64,000 nucleotides of DNA from Planctomycetota bacterium (GCA_045863855.1 BTVV01000016.1:16123-80122), one strand, 5' to 3'. Shown: positions 36,854 through 47,027, counted from the stretch's first letter. Made by a program: numbers and translations. The notes: a model not told the origin generated them from the letters alone.

Positions 36854-37351
36854 ATGCGCATCATCGACGGCATGTTGGGGGAATATGAACACGAGTGCGG
36901 CACGACGCGCAAGTTGTTGGCGCTGGTGCCTGAGAAAGAGTTTAACTTCAAGCCTCATCCCAAGTCGATGACCTTGGGCATCCTGGCGGGGCATCTGGCC
37001 GAAAACCCGGCCTGGGTCGAAGTGACGCTCAAGCAGGATGTGCTCGACATGGATCCCTCGCAGTATAAACCGTTCGATCCCAAGAGCGTGAAGGAACTGC
37101 TGGAGACCTTCGACAAAAACGTCGCGCATGCGCGCGAGGTGATGAACGGCGCATCGGACGGTGATTTGATGAAGCCTTGGACGATGATGAATCGCGGCAC
37201 GCCGATGTTCACGATGCCCAAGGTCGCGATTCTGCGCAGCTTTATCTTCAGCCACACGATCCACCACCGCGGGCAGTTGAGCGTGTATCTGCGGATGAAA
37301 GACGTGAAACTGCCGAGCATTTACGGTCCGACGGCCGACGTGCCGATGTAG
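36854..37351 (+). CDS. DinB family protein
   Basis: E...TRKLL..VP, FKPHPKSMTLG.LAGH, HTIHHRGQLSVYLR, PSIYGPTAD; AAGGAG RBS. Confidence 0.92.
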   Translation: MRIIDGMLGEYEHECGTTRKLLALVPEKEFNFKPHPKSMTLGILAGHLAENPAWVEVTLKQDVLDMDPSQYKPFDPKSVKELLETFDKNVAHAREVMNGASDGDLMKPWTMMNRGTPMFTMPKVAILRSFIFSHTIHHRGQLSVYLRMKDVKLPSIYGPTADVPM

Positions 37352-37429
37352 CCGCGCGGGTGGCCGGTGGCGGCGCCGAGATGCCGTCGCCGGCCCTTGA
37401 ATTTGGACTTCCACGAAAGCGATGGACCG

Positions 37430-38227
37430 ATGAGCCAACCTTCCGTATTGCTGCTCCGCACCGCCGGTACCAACTGCGACGAAGAAGCCGCCTTTGCCTT
37501 CACGCAGGCCGGCGCGCGGGTCGAGCCTGTGCACATCCGGCGCTTGGCCGAACAACCGGGCCTGCTCGACGAACACCGCATCCTCGCCCTTCCGGGCGGC
37601 TTTTCGTACGGCGACGATTTGGGCAGCGGCGTTGTCCTCGCGCACGAAATCCGCCAACGGCTCTCCGAACCCTTCGCGCGCTTCGTCGAGCGCGGCGGAT
37701 TGGTGTTGGGCATCTGCAACGGCTTCCAGGTGCTCGTCAAGACCGGGCTCCTGCCGGGCGCGGCCTACCGGGAGGGCGATGCGAGCGCCTGGGCGGCGAC
37801 GCTTACCTACAACGATTCCCAGCGTTTCGAAGACCGTTGGGTCTGGCTGGAGGTCGGGCAGAGCGATTCGCCGTTCCTGGCCGGGCAGGCTGGACGCCGC
37901 GTCACATTCCCCGTCGCGCACGGCGAAGGCAAGTTCGTCACCCGCGACGAGGATACCCTGCGCCGCATCGTCGACGGCCGCCAAGTCGCGTTCCGCTACG
38001 TGGGAATCGACGGTGCCCCGCCGGTCTACCCCGAGAATCCCAACGGCAGCTTGGCCGATATCGCCGGCATCACCGACGAGTCTGGCCGCGTGCTGGGCTT
38101 GATGCCGCACCCCGAACGCCATGCGCTGCCATGGCAGCATCCGCGCTGGACGCGCGAGGGCCTCAAGGAAGAAGCCGACGGCATGTTCCTCTTCCGCAAC
38201 GCCGTCGCGTTCGCCCGCGGCGCCTGA
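37430..38227 (+). CDS. purQ: FGAM synthase glutaminase subunit PurQ
   Basis: GTNCDEE, PGGFSYGD, GICNGFQ, AHGEG, NPNGS, MPHPER. Confidence 0.96.
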   Translation: MSQPSVLLLRTAGTNCDEEAAFAFTQAGARVEPVHIRRLAEQPGLLDEHRILALPGGFSYGDDLGSGVVLAHEIRQRLSEPFARFVERGGLVLGICNGFQVLVKTGLLPGAAYREGDASAWAATLTYNDSQRFEDRWVWLEVGQSDSPFLAGQAGRRVTFPVAHGEGKFVTRDEDTLRRIVDGRQVAFRYVGIDGAPPVYPENPNGSLADIAGITDESGRVLGLMPHPERHALPWQHPRWTREGLKEEADGMFLFRNAVAFARGA

Positions 38228-38230
38228 CGT

Positions 38231-39505
38231 TCACTGCGCCAGCGCGCGCGTCAGCACCGCACGCAGGTACTGCGCTTCGCGTTCCGAAAGCCCGAACCCG
38301 AAGCGTACGAAGCGCCGGTCCGTCACCGCCACCAGCCGATACGTATTTCCGCCGCTCTCGCTTTCCACGCGCAGTTCTTCCAATTCGCGGGTGGGCAGTT
38401 CCGTCTCGCCGCCGAAGACGCGTCCTAGCTTCCAGATCCGCAGGCCAGCCGCATTTGCCTCGATCCGCCCAGCCGGCGCGCGCCTCAGTTCTTGCATCGC
38501 TAGCTCGAAAATCAGTACCGGGACGCTGACCGCTGCCGCGATCAGCACCCCGCGCACAAGGTACCACGCGGCGGCGTTCAGGCGCCACGGCCAGAGCGAG
38601 CGTTCCGTCGGCGCGTCTTGTGGTTGTTCAGCGTACACCGGCTGGACCGGCCGCTCCGGATACGGCCACGACAGCGTGTAAGCCAGCGCGCCCGAAAGCG
38701 CGCACCACAGCAACGCGCGCAATACCCAGCCGCCTCGGAACGGCGGCCGCGGCACTTCCACGCGCGCTCCCTCGCTGTGCACTTCGTACGCCGCCACCAG
38801 ATCGGGCGGAGCCGTGGGCGGGTCATGCGCACCTAAGCGCTGAATCCGGTCCCGCAGCGGCTCGTCGAGCTTCTCCGAATCGCGGGTGAGGGTATTCTGA
38901 GTCGAGGACACATCTTGGAGCGGAAGGCCCATGAGCCGGGCCACGTCTTCGGCGATACGCCGAGCGACGACTTCGCCGCGTTCGTCCGCCACCGGCATCG
39001 TACCGCCCGCGCGGCGCGCCAGTTCGATCGCGAAGGTCGTGTACGAATTCTTCCCGCTGCTGCGCGTGGTCTGGGTCAGCACGGCCCGCTCGAAGGCCGA
39101 GAACGCTTCGCGCTCGCTGAAGAGCGGCAGAAAAATCGGAATCAGCGGAAGCTGCAGGCCGTAGGCGAGCCGCACCGAAGCGTCGCTCCGGTCGATCCAT
39201 ATGCGCCGCCGTCCCAGCAGCAACGGCGTAAGGAAGCTGCAGAACAATCCACCGAAGGCGATGAACATCAGACAAACTAAGGGATGAATACCGTTGTCCT
39301 CGAAGCGAAACCCGAACGGCCACGCCAGCAACCCGAAGATGCCCGTTCCGAAGAGACCCCAAGCCATTCCGAGGTGCGGCAGGAAGAGGTAAAAGAAAAC
39401 GAGCGGGCGCGAACCGAAACCCAGCCGATCCTCGCGCCAAGTCCACAAGCGCGAGTAGCTATTTCCTTGAATCATATCTTTGATGGCACTACGGAAATTG
39501 CTCAT
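38231..39505 (-). CDS. Hypothetical membrane protein with two TM-hairpin plus PH-like units
   Basis: Two hydrophobic hairpins, each followed by a beta-rich segment; ATGA overlap with the upstream gene. Confidence 0.7.
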   Translation of the reverse strand: MSNFRSAIKDMIQGNSYSRLWTWREDRLGFGSRPLVFFYLFLPHLGMAWGLFGTGIFGLLAWPFGFRFEDNGIHPLVCLMFIAFGGLFCSFLTPLLLGRRRIWIDRSDASVRLAYGLQLPLIPIFLPLFSEREAFSAFERAVLTQTTRSSGKNSYTTFAIELARRAGGTMPVADERGEVVARRIAEDVARLMGLPLQDVSSTQNTLTRDSEKLDEPLRDRIQRLGAHDPPTAPPDLVAAYEVHSEGARVEVPRPPFRGGWVLRALLWCALSGALAYTLSWPYPERPVQPVYAEQPQDAPTERSLWPWRLNAAAWYLVRGVLIAAAVSVPVLIFELAMQELRRAPAGRIEANAAGLRIWKLGRVFGGETELPTRELEELRVESESGGNTYRLVAVTDRRFVRFGFGLSEREAQYLRAVLTRALAQ

Positions 39506-40689
39506 GCTCGGCCCGCCTTAGCGTGCTCAACCGCGGGAGGTCGCTCCAGCGCGTGCCACAGCGCGTCCTCGCACTGCGCGGGCGAACAGTCCGGGTAAGC
39601 CTGCTTCAATCGCTCCAGCAGCCGCGCAAACAGCGCGCGTGTGACCGCTAAGCTTGAGCCACGCGGGCGGATTCGCCGCGTCAGCCCTGCATCCAACTCC
39701 AGATCGACCTCCGTTACGCCTCCGGCCCGGCGTGGCAGTCGTACGTCAATCTGTTCGCTCGACGGCCGCACCGCCCGGCTCCAGCCGCCCGCGCGAGTGA
39801 CGTAGCTCACGCTTGGCGCCAGGCCGCGCGCCGTCGCTTCCCACGTCAGCCGCCCATGCCGGCGGGGCTGCTCGGGCGTGGCACGCACCATCTCCTCATG
39901 CAGGCGCCGGGCCCGCGCGCGCAGTTGCAGGCGCAACTGGCCTTCATCGTAGGCGGCGGGATCCTGATCGAAGAGCGAGCGTAGCAGCGCGTATAAATCC
40001 GGCTCTTGCGCCCGCATCCGAATCGGCTGCTCGTAGAAGGTCTCGACGGCCACGGCGAACGTCTCGCGCGGATGCGTGCCGCCGTAAGCGCGCAACACAC
40101 CACGGCCTTCGCGTGCGCCTTGCTGCGCGCGGCTCAGTGCCGCCAGCCATGAAGCGAGCAGCGCCGGCGGCAGGTGCGTCGGCACTCCGTCGAGTTCCGC
40201 GTCGTCGTCGCCGTCGTCCAGAGCGTGCGCGAATTCGTGGACGCCCAGATGATACCCGTCGCGCGAAAGCTCGAACGATTGCGCCAGCGTCGCACGCGTC
40301 AAGGCCACATGTCGGCGGTGCGCTGGACCTCCGAAATAAACGCCGTGATACGCCCCGCCGTCGCGTGGAGCGTAAGTCTTATCGTCAAAGGTCTTGTGCG
40401 TGACCAGTACGCGGCTCACCGGAGGGAAAGACCACTCGGGTCGCCCTGCGAAAAGTAGCGCGCACGAAGCCGCGATCCACGCGCGCTCCCCATCCGTCAC
40501 CGGCGGCCCGGGAGGGCACTCGAATGTCACTTCTTGCAGGAATTGGCATACCAGCTTCACGAAGCGGCGCTGCTGCGTGGCGTCGAGGCGCCTTACGAAT
40601 GGAACGTCTTGAAGCGTCCGGCGCAGGGCGGGGGAAAGGGCGATGCGTTTGGGTGGAGCAACGAAAAGCGCGACGAGCCGATCCCACAT
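39502..40689 (-). CDS. MtfA-like (M90) zinc metallopeptidase with a C-terminal extension
   Basis: DGYHLGVHEFAHALD, DGVP, LRAYGGTHPRETFAVAVETFYEQP, FDQDP. Confidence 0.88.
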   Translation of the reverse strand: MWDRLVALFVAPPKRIALSPALRRTLQDVPFVRRLDATQQRRFVKLVCQFLQEVTFECPPGPPVTDGERAWIAASCALLFAGRPEWSFPPVSRVLVTHKTFDDKTYAPRDGGAYHGVYFGGPAHRRHVALTRATLAQSFELSRDGYHLGVHEFAHALDDGDDDAELDGVPTHLPPALLASWLAALSRAQQGAREGRGVLRAYGGTHPRETFAVAVETFYEQPIRMRAQEPDLYALLRSLFDQDPAAYDEGQLRLQLRARARRLHEEMVRATPEQPRRHGRLTWEATARGLAPSVSYVTRAGGWSRAVRPSSEQIDVRLPRRAGGVTEVDLELDAGLTRRIRPRGSSLAVTRALFARLLERLKQAYPDCSPAQCEDALWHALERPPAVEHAKAGRA

Positions 40690-40740
40690 GCCGCAGCGCT
40701 CCAAATCGGTCGCTACCTTATTTCGATACGAATGGACTCG

Positions 40741-41925
40741 TCAATGGCTTCCCAGGCGCTTCACCGCCGTTCCGGAAAGGATCTCGTGCGCTTCTCGCAA
40801 ATAGCCGGGAATCCGATCCTTAAAGGGAGACTTTGACAGTGCCGCCGCCAAGTCCAATTCGTCGAGCTTGTCGGCCTTTGCGCCCGGAAACCAATGCCCC
40901 CCGCTCCCCAGCAGATTGTAGCGCATCTTGCCGTACTCGATCATATCGAATGCCTTGGCGAAATTTCGCAGCCGCAGAATCTCCAGGACATGCACCTGCC
41001 CCGGCACCTCGCGGTAATCGGGCAGTCCCACGTGCCAGCTTTCGAGCCACTCGCGGCCCAGCGTCCGCTCCAGTTCGGCCTGCAAGCGTGCTTCGATGGG
41101 CTGGAGCAGCGCGTACGTGTCAGCGCCCGGCTTCAGCAACTCCAGCGCCTTGAGATGTTCGTCGAAGTCCGTCGGCCGCGCCGCGCCAAGCGAGAGCGTG
41201 TGCACTTCCGGACGGGCGAGGCACCACGCATCGTTGAAGACCATCGGCGAATACGGCCGGCACAGGTCGGTCAGCTTATCGCTGGGCTGGTACAGCTTTC
41301 CGCCCTTGTCGTTGGGGCTGATGATAAAGACGCCCATATCGCGGCGCGTGGCCTCTTCCACCGCCGGCCAATTGAAGCGGAAAACGTAGTACCAATGCAG
41401 GTTCACGTACTCGAAGCGCCCGTCGCGGATCGCCGCCAGGATCACCGGCAACTGCGCGTGCGTGCTGAAGCCGACGTGCCGCACGCGGCCCTGCTCTTTG
41501 AGTTTTAACGCCGCTTCCAGACAGCCCCCTGGCCGCAGCGACCAATCCAGCAGTTGTTCGTTGTTGATCCCGTGCAGACTGAAGAGATCCACGTAATCGA
41601 TGCACAGCTTCTTCATGCTCGTCTCGAACGTCTCGAGGAACTTCTTGGTATCCTCGAACGGCGCGACCTTGGTCTGGATGATCAACTCACGTCGCGGCAG
41701 CCTGGGCAAGATCCGCCCCAGTTGCTCTTCGCTCGTCCCGTACCCGCGCGCCGTCTCGATGTGCGTGATCCCGATCTCCAGCGCGCGGCGGATGCAAGCC
41801 TCGACCGTGCGCTGGCTCTCGTCCCCGATCGCATCGTCCGACTTCCACGACTGCTGGTAGCGCATCCCGCCGCACGAGAAGACGGGCATCTGGAGTTCGG
41901 TCCGGCCGAAACGTCGATAGAGCAT
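40741..41925 (-). CDS. Aldo/keto reductase family protein
   Basis: MLYRRFGRTEL, HIETARGYGTSE, GFSTH, YVNLHWY. Confidence 0.92.
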   Translation of the reverse strand: MLYRRFGRTELQMPVFSCGGMRYQQSWKSDDAIGDESQRTVEACIRRALEIGITHIETARGYGTSEEQLGRILPRLPRRELIIQTKVAPFEDTKKFLETFETSMKKLCIDYVDLFSLHGINNEQLLDWSLRPGGCLEAALKLKEQGRVRHVGFSTHAQLPVILAAIRDGRFEYVNLHWYYVFRFNWPAVEEATRRDMGVFIISPNDKGGKLYQPSDKLTDLCRPYSPMVFNDAWCLARPEVHTLSLGAARPTDFDEHLKALELLKPGADTYALLQPIEARLQAELERTLGREWLESWHVGLPDYREVPGQVHVLEILRLRNFAKAFDMIEYGKMRYNLLGSGGHWFPGAKADKLDELDLAAALSKSPFKDRIPGYLREAHEILSGTAVKRLGSH

Positions 41926-42173
41926 GGCGTGGCCTCGCGTGGAGCGGACAAAGGATTCGCGTCGGGTTTAGCGGGAGCGCGCGGAAACGTAAAACATAAA
42001 ACGAGTTCCGCAACCGCCGCTTGGGGCCGATAGATCCTTTGTCACGGCTTGCTACAGCACGATTCATCGGGAGAGAGGGGATTCAGGGGCCGTTAGCTAC
42101 TCGCCGGGAACCGAAAGATTTAGGCATTTCCCTTGGGTAGCACGATCAAGGACGGCACGGGGTCGGTCGCTAG

Positions 42174-43910
42174 CTAGCCGAGCGTGGCGTATAGGCGTTC
42201 GAGGAAGGCGCCGCGGGTTTCGCCGGCTCGGAAGGCGGCCGCGGTCTGTGCGGCGGCGTTGAAGCGGGCGGCTTCGCCTTCGGTGATGGGATCGTTCAGG
42301 CGGGCTTGCCAAGCGGGTTCGGCTCCGCGTAGCGCCGTCCATTGCAATCCTTTGAAGCCGCGGTCGACTGGCTTCGCATCCTTGAAATAGATCAGCACGG
42401 CGCCTTGTTCGAGGAGCGCGCGCTGGATGCGTTCGATGGGGACGGCGGGAACGTGCGCGCCTTGCTGTACGGCGAGCGCGGCGGCAGCGCCGGCGGCTTG
42501 ACCGAGCGCCATCCAGCACGGTTCCATGCGCAGGGTGCTGAAGCCGAGGTGCGTGCCGGAGACGGGGACGGGAATCAGCAGATTATCGATCTGCGAGGCG
42601 ACGATGACGCCGTACGGGACGGTGTAGGGCTTGGTGGAGAGGCTGAGGAAGCCGTCGAGATGGCAGCGGCCGTCCTCGCGTTTACGGACGGCGTGCGAAT
42701 CGATGGGGTAGTGGCTGGCGGTGATGCTGGCGGAATGGACAGGCGGGCGCGCGCCTTCCTGAATGGGCAGAGCGTCGTGGGCGGTGAAGAAGTAGCGGCC
42801 CTGGATGCGGCGGCCTTCGCGGACGTAGACCTGGCGCGGAAAGTGGGCGTTGTCGGTGTACTCGTCCTTGGCGAGGCCCCAGCGGCGGCACTTTTCGCGG
42901 AAGGCTTCGGGGAGGGCCGGATCGTTCTGCGCGAAGTAGAGCAGACCCAGCGAGTATTCCTTGAGACGTTGCGCGAAGGCGTCGCGCCAGGCCCAATCGG
43001 CGGTGGGCCAAGGGTAGTTCTCTTCGGGGAGGTCGGTGGAAATAAAGGCCTGGTGCTGGTTGTTGCTGTCGGTTTTGGCGTTGGGGAGGCGGACCATGTT
43101 GACGACGCGGCCGATGCCGTCGAATTCCAGTTCGCCCTGATAGGATCCGGTGATGCGGTTGAGCTTCACGTCGTCGGCGAGCGAAGCGAATTCTGCGCGG
43201 TCGTAGCGCGCGGGCATTTCGATGGGCACGCGGCGCGCGGGGTCGTCGGTGAGGCAGAGGCGGTAGTTGTAGGCCTGGATTACGTCGTCGCCTTCGCCGG
43301 TGGAGCCCGGTCCGACTTCGCCGCCCCAGACCTTGTAGATGCGCCCGGCGAGGGGCTCTTTGAATTCGGCGTGGCCTTCGCGGCAGGTGCGAAACGGAAC
43401 GCCGGCGGCGGCGGCGAGATCGCCTTCGTAGGTAGCGTCGACGAAGACCTTGCCGCAGTAGGTTTCGGCGTTTCCGGTGGCGCGTTCGGTGACGCGCAGG
43501 GCGGAAATCTTCGTTCCATCCACTTCAAGATTCGCGGGCCGCGCGTCGAACTGGCGCTCGAGGCGCACGGCGACCTTGGACTGTTCGGCGAGCATCGCAA
43601 GGAGCACTTTTTCGGCGACGGACGCTTCGAAGTGGTAACCGCCGGAACAGAGGCCGGCTTGTTCGGAATCGGGCCCGTAGGCCGCGGTGTAGTGCGCGCG
43701 GATGCGTTCGACGAATTCGACGAAGAGCCCGGCCGTCGCTCCGCGCGTGGCGATGTCGGTGGCGCCGAGGCCGTTGGCGGGCAGGCCGCCAATGTGCGAC
43801 GTGCGTTCGAGGATGACGGCGGTCGATCCGGCTCGCGCGGCGGCGATGGCGGCCATGATGCCGCCCGGCGTGCCGCCCACGATGACCACGTCGAACGATT
43901 CGCTGCGCAT
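42174..43910 (-). CDS. FAD-dependent oxidoreductase (FAD_oxidored family)
   Basis: DVVIVGGTPGG, DATYEGDL, QAYNYRLCLT, YVREGRRI, SGTHLGFSTLRMEP. Confidence 0.92.
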   Translation of the reverse strand: MRSESFDVVIVGGTPGGIMAAIAAARAGSTAVILERTSHIGGLPANGLGATDIATRGATAGLFVEFVERIRAHYTAAYGPDSEQAGLCSGGYHFEASVAEKVLLAMLAEQSKVAVRLERQFDARPANLEVDGTKISALRVTERATGNAETYCGKVFVDATYEGDLAAAAGVPFRTCREGHAEFKEPLAGRIYKVWGGEVGPGSTGEGDDVIQAYNYRLCLTDDPARRVPIEMPARYDRAEFASLADDVKLNRITGSYQGELEFDGIGRVVNMVRLPNAKTDSNNQHQAFISTDLPEENYPWPTADWAWRDAFAQRLKEYSLGLLYFAQNDPALPEAFREKCRRWGLAKDEYTDNAHFPRQVYVREGRRIQGRYFFTAHDALPIQEGARPPVHSASITASHYPIDSHAVRKREDGRCHLDGFLSLSTKPYTVPYGVIVASQIDNLLIPVPVSGTHLGFSTLRMEPCWMALGQAAGAAAALAVQQGAHVPAVPIERIQRALLEQGAVLIYFKDAKPVDRGFKGLQWTALRGAEPAWQARLNDPITEGEAARFNAAAQTAAAFRAGETRGAFLERLYATLG

Positions 43911-44062
43911 GAGGCGTCTCCGGGTTGCAGTTTCGCGGCCGAGTCACTTTACGGGGAGGGGCGGAGGCGGAAAGGGAAAAGTGAAGCGTATGGGGTGAAC
44001 GGTAGGCTGGATGCCGGTCGCGATCCTTGGGTGTTATCGTTTACGGATTACCTCGCCGCGCA

Positions 44063-44905
44063 TCACCCCAACTTGCGGTAAGCATCGGGCGTGCGTCCGA
44101 CGTGCTGGCGAAAAACGCGGCAGAAGTAGTTGGCTCCGCTGAAGCCGCTGGCTCGCGCGATGGCTTCAAGTTTGGCGTCGCCTTCGAGCAACAAGCGTCG
44201 GGCATGGCGGAGCCGGTGCTGGACGAGGTAATCGGCGGGACTGACGCCTAGGGCTTCGCGGAAGGTGCGGGAGAGGTGTTCGCGCGAGACGCCCAAGTGT
44301 TTGGCGAGCGCATCGACGGAACAGTCGGGCTGCAGGCCGCGGGCGTGGATCAGCGCGGCGGCACGCTGGGCGAGCGGCGCGGCAGCGACGCGCTGGCGGT
44401 CGAGGCGGTGCAGGAGCGTCATCACCACTTCGTAAAGCTGCGAGGAGAGGCGGTAGCGGTCGTGGTGGCGCTGCTGCGCGTGCTGGTAGACGACGGTCTT
44501 GAGCAGCGGCGCAACGGGGTTGTCGGCGCCGAGGTGAACGACGCGGCCGTGGCGGCGCATCAGATCCCGCCAGACCATTTCGACGGCCGGTCCGTTGAGG
44601 TCCAGCCAAGCGTGTTCGTAGACGTCGCGGGCCGGGACGGGGATGCCGTAGCGGAAATCGGCGGGCATCTCTTCGATGAAGGCCATGCCGGCCTTGAGGA
44701 GCGTGGTTTTGCCGTCGCGTTCGTAGAAGCCTTCGCCTCGCAAGGTGAGTTGGATCACAAAGTGCGGATCGCGGCGGCGGCTGGCATCGCGGAGGTAATC
44801 TTCGCCGGGCGCGAAGAGTTCGTGTCCGGCGCTGACGAGCCAGAAGAGCGGTTCGTCGGTGCGTACCCAAGGCGTACGGGGCGGGTTGTGGGCCAGATAG
44901 GGCAT
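44063..44905 (-). CDS. AraC family transcriptional regulator
   Basis: N-terminal cupin-like domain; C-terminal LAKHLGVSREHLSRTF...SGFSGANYFCRVFR..VGRTP. Confidence 0.93.
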   Translation of the reverse strand: MPYLAHNPPRTPWVRTDEPLFWLVSAGHELFAPGEDYLRDASRRRDPHFVIQLTLRGEGFYERDGKTTLLKAGMAFIEEMPADFRYGIPVPARDVYEHAWLDLNGPAVEMVWRDLMRRHGRVVHLGADNPVAPLLKTVVYQHAQQRHHDRYRLSSQLYEVVMTLLHRLDRQRVAAAPLAQRAAALIHARGLQPDCSVDALAKHLGVSREHLSRTFREALGVSPADYLVQHRLRHARRLLLEGDAKLEAIARASGFSGANYFCRVFRQHVGRTPDAYRKLG

Positions 44906-44935
44906 GGTTTATCCTTATCCCGAGGGATGTCCGTA

Positions 44936-44970
44936 TCACAATTGTACTATCCTTGTCATAAGCCTGCTAT
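44936..44970 (+). promoter_or_regulatory. Candidate AraC-type tandem operator
   Basis: Direct repeats TCACAAttgtacTAT and TCATAAgcctgcTAT with a 20-bp period; overlaps a minus-strand TACAAT -10 for the araC gene. Confidence 0.5.
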
Positions 44971-45048
44971 TGCGGCTCGAGGCCGGAAGGGGGTTATTGA
45001 ACGAACGGCCCAGACGCATCCCGTCCCCGCATCCCAGGAGTGGAAGCC

Positions 45049-45852
45049 ATGAAGCTGTCCTGCCAGGAAGGCTTGGCGCGCGAGAAGTCGTTCGCGGCGG
45101 CATTGCAGAAGCTGGAGCAGTACGGATTCGACGGCGTGGAGTTGGCGGGCGGCGCTCTGCACGACGAAGTTCAGCGCGCGGAGCGGGTGCGCATCCTTAA
45201 GGATAGCAAGGTGCGGCCGAGTTCGATCTGCGGCGGCTTTCAAGCTGAGATGGTGCATCCCGATCCGAAGAAGCGCGCGGTGTGCGTCGATACGCTGAAG
45301 CGGTTCCTGGATTTCTGCGGAGAGGTGGGCGCGACGGGTCCGATCACGGTGCCGATCTTCAACCACAACGACCGGCTGCCGGATCTCTCGCCGTACAAGA
45401 CCCAGCACCAGCTCGAGAAGGAACTGCTCACGCATATCGTCGCGGATCTGGCGAAGCACGCCGAAGGCGCGGGTGCGTGCCTGTTGCTGGAGCCGCTGAA
45501 CCGCTACGAATCGAACTCGCTGAAGAACGTGGAGGAAGCGGCGGAGATCTGCCGCGCGGTGGGCGGGAAGGGCGTGCGCGTGATGGCGGACTTCTTTCAC
45601 ATGCACATTGAACAGCCGAACTCGCCGGCGAGTTTCCGCGCGGTGGCCGACGTGTTGGGCCACGTGCATCTGGCCGACAACACGCGGCAGGAGCCCGGAA
45701 CGGGCGACATCGACTTCAAGGCTTCGTTCAAGGTTTTGAAGCAGGCGGGGTATACGGGCTACATGGCGTTCGAGTGCGGACTTTCGGACAAGCCGGAGAT
45801 CGCGCTGCCCAAGGCGGTGAAGTATCTGAAGGCGTGCATCGCCGAGGCGTGA
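45049..45852 (+). CDS. Sugar phosphate isomerase/epimerase (AP-endonuclease-2 TIM barrel)
   Basis: GFDGVEL, LEPLNRYE, DFFHMHIE, HVHLADNTR.EPGTG, GYTGYMAFEC. Confidence 0.92.
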   Translation: MKLSCQEGLAREKSFAAALQKLEQYGFDGVELAGGALHDEVQRAERVRILKDSKVRPSSICGGFQAEMVHPDPKKRAVCVDTLKRFLDFCGEVGATGPITVPIFNHNDRLPDLSPYKTQHQLEKELLTHIVADLAKHAEGAGACLLLEPLNRYESNSLKNVEEAAEICRAVGGKGVRVMADFFHMHIEQPNSPASFRAVADVLGHVHLADNTRQEPGTGDIDFKASFKVLKQAGYTGYMAFECGLSDKPEIALPKAVKYLKACIAEA

Positions 45853-45929
45853 GGTGCAATTCGTAAAAAGTAAACAGCAACACGGTGGGGCTGCTGGTTT
45901 GGGGTGGTGGGGCTTTCAAGGAGCTTGAG

Positions 45930-46910
45930 ATGGCCGGCGCGAAGAAATTGAAGATCGGGTTCGTGGGTGTGGGTGGGGTGGCGAAGTGGGCTCATTTGGG
46001 CCACCTTTCGACGTGGGAAGACGTGGAGTTGGCGGCGTTCTGCGACGTCAGCGAAGAAGCGGCGGGGAAGGCGGCGAAGCAGTACGGGGGGCAGGCGTTC
46101 ACCGATACGAAAACGATGCTCGATACGGTCGCACTTGATGCGGCGTACGTTTGTGTGCCTCCGTTCGCGCACACGAACCAGGAGTTGCTGATCGCGGAGC
46201 GCGGGATCGGTCTGTTCGTGGAAAAACCACTGGCGACGACGAACGCGAAGGCCTTGGAGATCGACGCGGCGGTGCGCAAGCACGGGATCGTGGCGGCGGT
46301 GGGGTACAACTGGCGCAGCACGGCGATCACGAAAGAAGCGCGCGCTCGCATGGCCGGCAAGAAAATATCGGCGGCGTACGCGTTCTGGGTGGGCGGGTTC
46401 CCCGGGGCGATGTGGTGGCGGCAGCAAGCGCAGTCCGGCGGGCAGATGAACGAGCAGGCCACGCATGTGGTCGATATCGCGCGGCATCTGATCGGCGGGA
46501 AGGCCGTGAGCGTGTACGCGGCGGGCGCGAAGGGGATCGGCTCCAAGAAGTGGGAGAAGCACGACATCCACGACAACGTGATCGCGACGGTGACGTTCGA
46601 CAACGGCGCGGTGCTCTGCGCCGGCACCGGTCATATCGCTCAGGGTTACCGCACAGGCGTCGATTTCTTGCTCGAAGACCTGATCGTTACGCACAACAAC
46701 GGCGAGTTGATCGTCAAGACGCCGGAGCGCGAAGAGAAGATCAAGAACACCAACCAGGCATATCAGGAAGAAGACCGCGCGTTCCTGGAGGCCGTGCGCA
46801 AGAAAGATCCTCAGGGCGTGTACTGCACGTACGCCGACGCGGCGGTGACGCACGAGATCTGCATGGCGGTGAATACGAGTCTGGAGACGGGCAAGGTGGT
46901 GGCGCTGTAG
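45930..46910 (+). CDS. Gfo/Idh/MocA family oxidoreductase
   Basis: GVGGVA, FVEKP, SGGQMNEQATHVVD; AAGGAG RBS. Confidence 0.92.
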   Translation: MAGAKKLKIGFVGVGGVAKWAHLGHLSTWEDVELAAFCDVSEEAAGKAAKQYGGQAFTDTKTMLDTVALDAAYVCVPPFAHTNQELLIAERGIGLFVEKPLATTNAKALEIDAAVRKHGIVAAVGYNWRSTAITKEARARMAGKKISAAYAFWVGGFPGAMWWRQQAQSGGQMNEQATHVVDIARHLIGGKAVSVYAAGAKGIGSKKWEKHDIHDNVIATVTFDNGAVLCAGTGHIAQGYRTGVDFLLEDLIVTHNNGELIVKTPEREEKIKNTNQAYQEEDRAFLEAVRKKDPQGVYCTYADAAVTHEICMAVNTSLETGKVVAL

Positions 46911-46914
46911 CTTG

Positions 46915-47017
46915 TTTGGGATTGGAGTTTTTGGATTGGGCGGAACTTAAACACTAAATGGTTAAAATGGGGGCATGCAAAGATAGCGCTCCGCGCTCCA
47001 AAATCTCTAATCCCAAA
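46915..47017. repeat. Inverted repeat built from degenerate heptamers, between convergent genes
   Basis: TTTGGGATTGGAGTTTTTGGA (46915-46935) against the reverse complement of TCCAAAATCTCTAATCCCAAA (46997-47017): 19/21 identical. Confidence 0.75.
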
Positions 47018-47027
47018 TCCCACCGCT

